NCBI GenBank assembly: GCA_051382305.1 | Contig: JBBCAV010000071.1 | Location: 1-10,050 of the forward strand | From: Bdellovibrionota bacterium FG-2 | GTDB lineage: Bacteria; Bdellovibrionota; UBA1018 | Length of the DNA: 10,050 nt | Reading direction: 5' to 3' | Part shown: piece after piece, positions 1-6,441 of the stretch | Layout: each line of letters starts with the position of its first letter | How positions within the stretch are numbered: position 1 is the stretch's first letter | Notes under the pieces: generated by a model | Seen by the model: the letters and a program-made list of their open reading frames with translations, nothing else | What the model was told of the DNA's origin: nothing | The model's database searches: none | Translations under genes and position numbers: made by a program

Positions 1-12
1 CTATTCTCATCT

Positions 13-474
13 GTGGCTCCTTGTTTTTTAATTGGTACCGTGGAGTATTCCACGGGGGAGCCACTCAATCAAATTTCAACGGACTTCAGCATAATCTCTT
101 TGGTCGTCGATGACATGAAGAGTATGCGTTCGATGATCGCAAAAGCCTTAAGGGAAATTGGATTTACCGATATTGCCGAAGCAGAAGGTGGAGCGAACGC
201 GTGGACGCTCTTAACGCAAGCGTCTCCCCCTTTTGGGTTGATACTTTCTGACTGGAATATGCCTATAAGCACTGGGATTGACCTGCTTAAATCCGTACGC
301 GCTGACTCGCGGTTTAAGAAAACACCTTTCATTATGGTTACCGCTGAAAATGAAGCCTGCAAGGTGATCGAAGCGGTGAAATCGGGCGCGACTAATTTTC
401 TCGTTAAGCCCCTTACTAAGGAGTGGCTCCGAACTAAATTGGAAGACGTTCACAAGCAAACCATGAAGGAATAG
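13..474 (+). CDS. Single-domain CheY-like response regulator (receiver only)
   Basis: LVVDD acidic pocket, SDWNMP phospho-acceptor Asp, MVTAE Thr, LVKP Lys; no output domain. Start uncertain (GTG13 or GTG40; no ATG after the GGGGAG at 55-60). Confidence 0.9.
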   Translation: MAPCFLIGTVEYSTGEPLNQISTDFSIISLVVDDMKSMRSMIAKALREIGFTDIAEAEGGANAWTLLTQASPPFGLILSDWNMPISTGIDLLKSVRADSRFKKTPFIMVTAENEACKVIEAVKSGATNFLVKPLTKEWLRTKLEDVHKQTMKE

Positions 475-505
475 TTGCTATTGCAGCCTGTTCCTTCTTA
501 TCAAA

Positions 506-2953
506 CTACTTACACACTCCCAACACACAGCTCTTCAACCAACCGCAAACGATGCCGCAGGCTCCACAATTATTAACATCCGAGTTAGTATTAATTTCAC
601 AACCATCGTTCGTATTGTTGTTACAATTCGAGAAACCCTGCATGCAGTTTTGGATGCCACACACCATGTTGTTACAGGAGGCTGTGGCATTTTGGTAATT
701 CGGACACGCCAATCCGCAGTTTCCGCAATTTTTGACGTCATTATAAAGAGTGGTTTCACAACCATTACCGGGATACATGTCGCAATTCGCATATCCCGAA
801 TTACATTGCTTAACCCCGCACACTGAATTGATGCACGCGCCACTTCCGTTAACGATGCTAGGACACACCTTCCCGCAGCTCCCGCAATTTGCATCATCTG
901 AAGTCGGATCTACGCAGGTGGCACCGCACAAGATCTGCCCGGCGGCACAAAAGTTTTTGCAAACTCCGCCCTGGCAAGACTGAGTGGGCCCATAACAATC
1001 GGTGTTTGCAGAACAGGTCTTGCCAAGTCCGCAATGGGGACACGCGGGCCCACCGCAATCGATATCTGACTCCATTGCGTTCTTGAGCATGTCATTGCAG
1101 GATGCGGCCGCGCATTTTCCATTAATACAATTATTTGAGGAACAGTCCGAACCCTTGCTGCAGCTCTTGCCGTCGATGCACGCTTGACAAGTTCCACCGC
1201 AGTCTACATCAGTCTCGGCACCATTCTTCACGGCATCAATGCATGTCGCCTTGATGCACATTCCGCTTTGGCACATTCCATCCACGCAATCCGCCCCTGT
1301 CGCGCAACTTTGTCCTGAACTACATTTTGGGCAAACTCCGCCACAATCTACAGCGCTCTCAGTTCCGTTCTTAACGCCATCGTTACAGCTCGGATCAGCG
1401 CACTTACCAAAAGCGCAGACGCCATTCAGGCAATCGGTAGCCTTTGCGCAGCCCGAGCCAGACCCGCACGCCGTTGCACAAATGCCCCCGCAGTCCACGC
1501 CTTTTTCCAGGCCATTTTGAATTCCATCGGAGCAAGAAGGTGCGATACATTGACCGTCTTTGCAAAGATTGGAGGTACAGTCACCTGAAGCCTTACAGAA
1601 TTTCCCGTCTTGGCAAGGTGAGCAGATGGGCCCGCCACAATCGACATCCGACTCCGCGCCATTAAATAGTTTATCGGCACAAGTTGGGCTATGGCAAACG
1701 CCGGCGGTGCAAATTCCAGAAACGCAATCGGTGGGCGAGATACAACTCTTGAGGTCCACACATTTTTGGCAGCCGCCGCCCCCGCAATCCGTATCGGACT
1801 CGGTAGCGTTTTTAACCCCATCCGAACAGGTTGGAATATCAAGCCTCGAGCCGGATAGGGTAACCTGAGTTTTCTGTGGCCCGATTCCGTTGTGATAGGA
1901 AAGAAACAAAGTGGCTTCGTAGTTCCCGGGTGCTTGAGGTACGAACTGAAGCTCCAGCTTACAATTGCCCTTTGTCTCCGCACCGCAAGTACCATTTGTG
2001 CCGGGATAAACCCCGGAGGTAAATGAAAAAGGAGTTCCAGGCGGAACGATGCTCATGGACATCGACTTCGCCTTCAATAGTCCCGAAAAGCTAACGGTTA
2101 AAGTTTTCTTGATTAGGCCTTTGAAGTTGGCATCGACATTAATCTCTCCAAAGTTATAGTCCTCGCTATCGCCCAAGGAAAGTACGGCCGGGTTAGCCCC
2201 ACCATACTGACAAACCTCCGCATACTGAGAAAGCAGTGCCGATCCACATTTCTGATAAGCTGCCAAATCTTTGGTCGTCTTATCAAGGAAAACCGAGTAA
2301 TCCGCGACGCGCGATAGGGGCTGCCAAGAACTTGAAAAGTCAAAAGATCCACATTGCGCAAGAAGTTGCCCGTTGATGTAGGGCTTTCCGGATGACTGAC
2401 ACGAATTCAGCGCTAAAGTCGAGTCATGACTTTTCCCTTGCACGCGAAACTCGAAAACATAGTTTTTAGTTTGGGCAGCTACGATGCTTCGCTGTTCCCT
2501 AGGGATCATCGCCAAATTAAGTGAGCTTGGTTTCCAGCAAATCTCCGCTGAAAAAGTGCCATCCGAATTGACCACGGGGTCTACTGATCCAGAAACAGAA
2601 GAGTAATATCGAGCCTGAACAACACGATAATCTAAACTGTAGTCAAATGATGAGGTGGGATTCAGAGGCGTGGGGCGTACAAACGAAGCAAGAAACTTAG
2701 AGCGGGCCCCTGGATCAAAATAGAGGCGGCCTTGAATGCTCGCTTTTTGCAGCCCCGTAGGACAAACAATGGGCAGTCGCGCTCTTCCAATTGCGGCGGG
2801 GGATCGCGAACCGTTCCAAACTTCACTATGCATGCTCGAATAGATGGCCAAGACGGAGAGTCCGGCAAGTACAACACCTGTGACGGCGAACCACTTTGCA
2901 AAATGGCGTTTAAAAATGAAAGTAGCTTTTGTGAAATCAATTTTCTTGGACAT
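506..2953 (-). CDS. Membrane-anchored/secreted cysteine-rich repeat surface protein with one Ig-like (choice-of-anchor D/ASH-like) domain
   Basis: 815-aa ORF. Basic N-terminus plus hydrophobic helix (WFAVTGVVLAGLSVLAIY); Ig-like segment FSFTSGVYPGTNGTCG..C.LELQFVP..G.Y.ATL.LSY (~1850-2170); six CxDxxxNxxExxxDCGG repeats; three Stig1-like DxxNCGxCGxxC repeats at the C-terminus. Confidence 0.85.
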   Translation of the reverse strand: MSKKIDFTKATFIFKRHFAKWFAVTGVVLAGLSVLAIYSSMHSEVWNGSRSPAAIGRARLPIVCPTGLQKASIQGRLYFDPGARSKFLASFVRPTPLNPTSSFDYSLDYRVVQARYYSSVSGSVDPVVNSDGTFSAEICWKPSSLNLAMIPREQRSIVAAQTKNYVFEFRVQGKSHDSTLALNSCQSSGKPYINGQLLAQCGSFDFSSSWQPLSRVADYSVFLDKTTKDLAAYQKCGSALLSQYAEVCQYGGANPAVLSLGDSEDYNFGEINVDANFKGLIKKTLTVSFSGLLKAKSMSMSIVPPGTPFSFTSGVYPGTNGTCGAETKGNCKLELQFVPQAPGNYEATLFLSYHNGIGPQKTQVTLSGSRLDIPTCSDGVKNATESDTDCGGGGCQKCVDLKSCISPTDCVSGICTAGVCHSPTCADKLFNGAESDVDCGGPICSPCQDGKFCKASGDCTSNLCKDGQCIAPSCSDGIQNGLEKGVDCGGICATACGSGSGCAKATDCLNGVCAFGKCADPSCNDGVKNGTESAVDCGGVCPKCSSGQSCATGADCVDGMCQSGMCIKATCIDAVKNGAETDVDCGGTCQACIDGKSCSKGSDCSSNNCINGKCAAASCNDMLKNAMESDIDCGGPACPHCGLGKTCSANTDCYGPTQSCQGGVCKNFCAAGQILCGATCVDPTSDDANCGSCGKVCPSIVNGSGACINSVCGVKQCNSGYANCDMYPGNGCETTLYNDVKNCGNCGLACPNYQNATASCNNMVCGIQNCMQGFSNCNNNTNDGCEINTNSDVNNCGACGIVCGWLKSCVLGVCK
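509..940 (-). repeat. Three Stig1-like Cys repeats
   Basis: CVDPTSDDANCGSCGKVC, CETTLYNDVKNCGNCGLAC, CEINTNSDVNNCGACGIVC. Boundaries approximate. Confidence 0.8.
950..1834 (-). repeat. Six tandem ~48-49-aa Cys-rich repeats
   Basis: TCSDGVKNATESDTDCGG, TCADKLFNGAESDVDCGG, SCSDGIQNGLEKGVDCGG, SCNDGVKNGTESAVDCGG, TCIDAVKNGAETDVDCGG, SCNDMLKNAMESDIDCGG. Boundaries approximate. Confidence 0.9.
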
Positions 2954-3039
2954 AGTCGTGAGTTCTCCCGATTCTCTGTTCTACCCCATGAGTATACCCA
3001 AGGGAATCCCAGTGTACTAATGAGAAAATAGGCGTCAGA

Positions 3040-4185
3040 TTAGTGACTCCGGGAGAGCCAAACCAAAGTTTCAAAGTGCATCGTGTGGGGAAACATATCG
3101 AAAAGTTGAACCCTCTTTAGCGTAAAGTCCCGTGACAGTGATTTAAGATCCAGCGCCAGAGTTTGAATGGAGCAACTGGAGTAGAGCAAATGCTTAGGCA
3201 ATTGCTTCTGAATAAGGACAAGCGATTCGCCCAGCCCCCTTCGAGGAGGGTTGGCCAAAATCAGATCGGATTTAAAAGCAGCTAATTCGTTAGAGATTTT
3301 AGCAGCGTCCAGTGCTTTAAAAGTTAGATGTTGGAATCCTTGTTCGCGAGCGCTTAGATTCGCGATATTGACAGCGTCGGAATTAATTTCGATCCCCAAT
3401 ATTTCAGGTGCACTTCCCGCCGCGAAAAAACTAAATGCGCCCTGGCCGCAGAAAAGATCAAGGACTTTGGTTGGCCGCGCATCCCTGATCCAGTTTGCGG
3501 CGGTTTGATACAGCTGCCCCGCCATCTCAGAATGAGTTTGAACAAACGCGCGCGGCGCAAGCTTGAGTCGGATGGCGCCTATTTGATGATCAATAAAGGC
3601 ATTTTTGGTTAAATAGATTTCTTCAGGGCCTTCTAAAATCGCATGCGGAATCGGCTGAATATTGACCGAAACGCAGATAAGCTCCGGAAACTGGTTTTGC
3701 AGAACCGGCAGTAATTTCTCAATCCCGGAAACGCACGCTTTTGAGCGCAAAATGAACCGAAGATACATCTGATCGGTGCGGGGCGAATAAAATGCAATCA
3801 GGCCTTTGCACTCGCCCTTGCGCTCCTTAATTCGATACGGGGTGAGCTGAAACTCTCGAATCAGGGTCGGCATCGCACGGATGAGTTGATTTAGTTTTGG
3901 ATGATGAATCGGGCAAGCCAGAAGTTCTCGTCCGTGGTCCAAATCTGACTCCCCAAGCAGTCCGACCACGGGTGCGTCCACCGAACCTGTAACGAACATC
4001 TTGGCGCGATTTCGAAAACCTTGCAGGGGCGATAAAACAGAAGGGGCCAGGGGAGTGTCCGGGAAAAAGCTCAAAGCCTCTCGAATCGTTTGCTCTTTGG
4101 TTTGAATTTGCGAGGCATAGTCGCGCTCAAGCCATTCGCATGAACGACAGATCGCTTGATTATAATAAGAGCAAAAGCTCAGCAC
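3040..4185 (-). CDS. rlmC: 23S rRNA (uracil-C5)-methyltransferase, RlmC/RumB type
   Basis: N-terminal CSYYNQAICRSC Fe-S cysteines with no TRAM domain; FRNRAKM; F.QT; VLDLFCGQG SAM motif; ANPPR; YSSC catalytic Cys; DMFPHTMHFE. 381 aa, in line with RlmC length. Confidence 0.88.
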   Translation of the reverse strand: MLSFCSYYNQAICRSCEWLERDYASQIQTKEQTIREALSFFPDTPLAPSVLSPLQGFRNRAKMFVTGSVDAPVVGLLGESDLDHGRELLACPIHHPKLNQLIRAMPTLIREFQLTPYRIKERKGECKGLIAFYSPRTDQMYLRFILRSKACVSGIEKLLPVLQNQFPELICVSVNIQPIPHAILEGPEEIYLTKNAFIDHQIGAIRLKLAPRAFVQTHSEMAGQLYQTAANWIRDARPTKVLDLFCGQGAFSFFAAGSAPEILGIEINSDAVNIANLSAREQGFQHLTFKALDAAKISNELAAFKSDLILANPPRRGLGESLVLIQKQLPKHLLYSSCSIQTLALDLKSLSRDFTLKRVQLFDMFPHTMHFETLVWLSRSH

Positions 4186-4187
4186 AC

Positions 4188-4559
4188 TCAGATTCCTACG
4201 CAGGAGTCGAGTCGCTCATTGCAGCCGTTTTTTGCAGCACATTCTCTGCAGCTTTTGCCGGTGGGCGATCCCATGCAAGGCAACCAACAGTGTTTCTTGC
4301 CACAGGCAGCGACCTCGCCCCAGCAATCAGCACAAGCAGGAGTAAGTCCAAGCTCTTCGGACATGCATTTGGAAGTGCATTCCTTGCCGCCCAGACATTT
4401 TTTGCCGCAAACCAATTCTTTTGCTTCCATGGCGGGCTTCCCAACAGCAGCGTCTTGTTCGTTTGTGCAGGCGCCTTCGTTAGCAAAAGCAGGTTGGCTC
4501 GCGATGGAAAAACTGAGGCAGAAAGTGAAGCAGACTACACGAAGAAATGGGGGTTTCAT
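4188..4559 (-). CDS. Small secreted cysteine-rich protein
   Basis: Signal-peptide-like N-terminus ending PAFA; mature region rich in CxxxC/CxxC pairs. Stops 2 nt before the rlmC GTG, so probably co-transcribed. Confidence 0.75.
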   Translation of the reverse strand: MKPPFLRVVCFTFCLSFSIASQPAFANEGACTNEQDAAVGKPAMEAKELVCGKKCLGGKECTSKCMSEELGLTPACADCWGEVAACGKKHCWLPCMGSPTGKSCRECAAKNGCNERLDSCVGI

Positions 4560-4607
4560 GGGGGTAATCGATCATGGACCATGGGCCGAGTAAAGAAAAA
4601 TGCCCTC

Positions 4608-4636
4608 TTAATGCGATGCGTTTTATTTGATATAGT
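4608..4636 (+). promoter_or_regulatory. Putative sigma70 promoter with extended -10
   Basis: TTAATG (4608-4613), 17 bp, TATAGT (4631-4636) preceded by TGa; AGGTG RBS (4644-4648) before ATG 4655. Confidence 0.45.
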
Positions 4637-4654
4637 CCCGCCCAGGTGATTTTT

Positions 4655-4858
4655 ATGAAACGACAAATTCAAAAAAAAACGACATTCTTCTGGGCCGTTC
4701 TGAGTTTAGTGGCCACCACCCTGCTACAGATACATGAATCCCAGGCGTTTAGCGGAGCGAGGCAAGCCGCAGACGACAAAGCGATCGACAGAGCCATTAG
4801 GCGCACAGAATGTCGTGGCCCCCAAGAATATCCACAAATATGGCACTGTTCTCTTTGA
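4655..4858 (+). CDS. Small exported protein, possibly the 5' part of a frameshifted pseudogene
   Basis: RBS AGGTG; clear Sec-like signal MKRQIQKKTTFFWAVLSLVATTLLQIHESQA|F. A protein-like sequence continues in the +1 frame to 4931. Confidence 0.5.
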   Translation: MKRQIQKKTTFFWAVLSLVATTLLQIHESQAFSGARQAADDKAIDRAIRRTECRGPQEYPQIWHCSL

Positions 4859-4992
4859 TTCAAGCGACCGCGATGGCGTTCCAGAAGTGTTGTCAACCAT
4901 AGAGAACGGGATCAAATCCGGCAATCGGTAGGATGCTTTTCTTCGGGCTACCCAATAACTCGCCTCGGGCAAACTTCACTCAAACTTGAGAA

Positions 4993-5011
4993 ACTCAAGT
5001 CCCACTTGAGT
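4993..5011 (-). terminator. Hairpin, possible terminator downstream of the original tRNA-Pro 3' end
   Basis: ACTCAAGT-ccc-ACTTGAGT perfect 8-bp inverted repeat; only a weak U tract (TTCT) follows on the minus strand. Confidence 0.35.
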
Positions 5012-5129
5012 CACGCCCACCAAACCCAATACACAACCAGGCCTGAGACTCGCTTTTAATATCGCGAGCTTATATCTATTATTATGTAATGAAAGTGTAA
5101 TTAACTGATTTGAATTTTGGAACTTAATA

Positions 5130-5174
5130 TGGTCGGGATGACGTGATTCAAACACGCGACCTCTTCGTCCCGAA
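5130..5174 (-). pseudogene. 3' half of tRNA-Pro(CGG); att-site remnant
   Basis: Minus strand reads TTCGGGA (anticodon loop) CGAAG AGGTC GCGTG TTTGAAT CACGT CATCCCG ACCA. The 5' half is absent: TCTCC lies where CTTCG is needed, with no D arm or 5' acceptor strand. T-loop is TTTGAAT instead of TTCGAAT. Confidence 0.9.
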
Positions 5175-5261
5175 GGAGAGCCCCAAAAACGCTGTTAAAC
5201 CCTGATAATCACGAGGAATCGGTGTTTTCAAAACCCGACTTTCTCGTGCAAAAGTCAGCGG

Positions 5262-5328
5262 AACTCGCAGAAAAAATCCGAATGATAATGCAACTCGCAG
5301 AAGGAGCGTGTGCCGCATATGCGCCGCA
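5262..5328 (+). repeat. Direct repeats next to att; candidate integrase arm-type/excisionase sites
   Basis: AACTCGCAGAA at 5262-5272 and 5292-5302; TGTGCCGCA (5309-5317) and TGCGCCGCA (5320-5328) at 11-bp period. Confidence 0.55.
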
Positions 5329-5421
5329 CGGATTCGAGCCTACGAGTGAAATTATCAAGTCCACTTCCAAATCTGGAAGGAGGACGCCTAAGTGAATACC
5401 TACAAATAATCATCTTTAAAA

Positions 5422-5548
5422 CAAAAAAGCCCAGGGTTGATGCCCCAGGCTTTTTAAACTTTGCTGTTGTCAGCTTTTTATCTTGGCGGATTTGAAGCTG
5501 GTCTTTCACACCTTAACCGGAACTGCTTTCGCAGATCCTGGCGGGTAC
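5422..5548 (-). ncRNA. Predicted counter-transcribed antisense RNA in the parA-rep leader
   Basis: Minus-strand promoter at 5555-5584; GAAA-tetraloop hairpin 5519-5538; CGCCAA-loop hairpin 5471-5500; intrinsic terminator 5423-5451. Ends approximate. Confidence 0.65.
5423..5455 (-). terminator. Rho-independent terminator (minus strand; possibly weak on plus)
   Basis: Minus-strand RNA AGCCUGGGG-CAUCAA-CCCUGGGCU then UUUUUGUUUU. Fully paired via two G-U pairs only on the minus strand. Confidence 0.8.
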
Positions 5549-5554
5549 TTCTCT

Positions 5555-5584
5555 ATTCTTAATGAGAGGTGCCTTCCCTGTCAA
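5555..5584 (-). promoter_or_regulatory. Sigma70 promoter for the antisense RNA
   Basis: Perfect TTGACA (5584-5579), 18 bp, AAGAAT (5560-5555; 4/6 to TATAAT). Confidence 0.6.
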
Positions 5585-5601
5585 CTTGAATGGAGAAGAA
5601 A

Positions 5602-6441
5602 ATGGAAAATCAAAAAGCGGTAATCATAGCCGTGGCCACCCAAAAAGGGGGCGTCGGAAAAACAACGACAACCGTCAATCTTGCGCAAGCCCTATCCTTA
5701 CTAGGTGAAACCGTCCTGGTCGTAGATCTCGATCCCCAGGGCAACGCTACGCAAGGTCTCGGGATCAAACTTGATCAGGTGACTGCTTCAATTGCGGATC
5801 TGCTCCGTGACAAAACGTTTCCTGAGCAAAGTGCGATTTACAAAGGGCCGGGCCTCGACTTGATCCCTGCAACACCGCTGCTTGCACGAATGGGGCGCGA
5901 ACTTGTTGGAATCACAAACGGTGAAATGCGACTCGCTCTACGGTTGCGAGCTTTATCACTTCGCTACTCGGTCATTCTAATTGACACTCCCCCATCAGCG
6001 AGCACACTGATGAACTCGTCTTTGAACGCGGCAAACAAGCTGATTGTGCCGGTCGACTCAGGCTTCTACGCAATGATGGGAATCAGGGAGTTGCTCGCGG
6101 AGGTTGAGGAGATTCGCGCAGCTTCGAATCCCGGTTTAGCAACCCTAGGTTTCTTACTTACGATAATAGATCAAACCCGTATTGCTGATGAGGTTTGCCA
6201 GGGTCTCATATCGAACTTCGGAGAGGAGGTATTTGAGACCAAGATCCATCGCAACGTGAAGCTCAAAGAAGCGCCCGCTTTCGGAAGAACGATCTTTCAT
6301 CACGCCCCCCACTCCCAAGGCGCAACCGACTACATGAGTTTAGCACAGGAGGTTTTGCAAAGATTGAAGTCAGAGCACACAGGGGCGACAAGTCCCAAGC
6401 GTGATATACGCTTAAGCCTTGTCGAAGGGGGCGCACAATGA
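5602..6441 (+). CDS. parA: ParA/Soj-family Walker-type partition ATPase
   Basis: QKGGVGKTTT deviant Walker A, VVDLDPQGNAT, ILIDTPPS Walker B, LKEAPAFG. ATG 5602 preferred over 5590 because GGAG (5592-5595) lies 6 nt upstream. Confidence 0.95.
   Translation: MENQKAVIIAVATQKGGVGKTTTTVNLAQALSLLGETVLVVDLDPQGNATQGLGIKLDQVTASIADLLRDKTFPEQSAIYKGPGLDLIPATPLLARMGRELVGITNGEMRLALRLRALSLRYSVILIDTPPSASTLMNSSLNAANKLIVPVDSGFYAMMGIRELLAEVEEIRAASNPGLATLGFLLTIIDQTRIADEVCQGLISNFGEEVFETKIHRNVKLKEAPAFGRTIFHHAPHSQGATDYMSLAQEVLQRLKSEHTGATSPKRDIRLSLVEGGAQ

Noticed and set aside
475-505. Terminator between convergent cheY-like and Cys-rich genes
   Set aside because: Only a 3-4 bp stem (TGC-TATT-GCA); not convincing.
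535-3031. Many Cys/Gln/Pro-rich alternative ORFs over the 815-aa gene
   Set aside because: Shadow frames of the Cys-repeat coding sequence; no independent motifs.
4140-4649. Plus-strand ORFs 4140-4649 and 4156-4593
   Set aside because: Antisense shadows of the 123-aa secreted protein, which has a signal peptide and fits the operon.
5130-5205. Complete tRNA-Pro gene or intron-split tRNA
   Set aside because: No 5' anticodon stem, D arm or 5' acceptor strand (CGGGATG on the minus strand) found next to the fragment. A distant 5' half cannot be excluded, but an att remnant explains it better.
5255-5509. ORFs 5255-5509 (-) and 5310-5495 (+)
   Set aside because: They overlap att-arm repeats, a terminator and RNA hairpins; no recognisable protein features.
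5562-5708. Leader peptide from ATG 5562 analogous to tap/repY
   Set aside because: No SD, and it ends about 100 nt inside parA rather than at its start, so no coupling is evident.
6412-6441. ParA tail LSLVEGG as a protease-adaptor docking motif
   Set aside because: EGG is explained by the GAAGGGGG RBS of the overlapping rep gene; too short to support.
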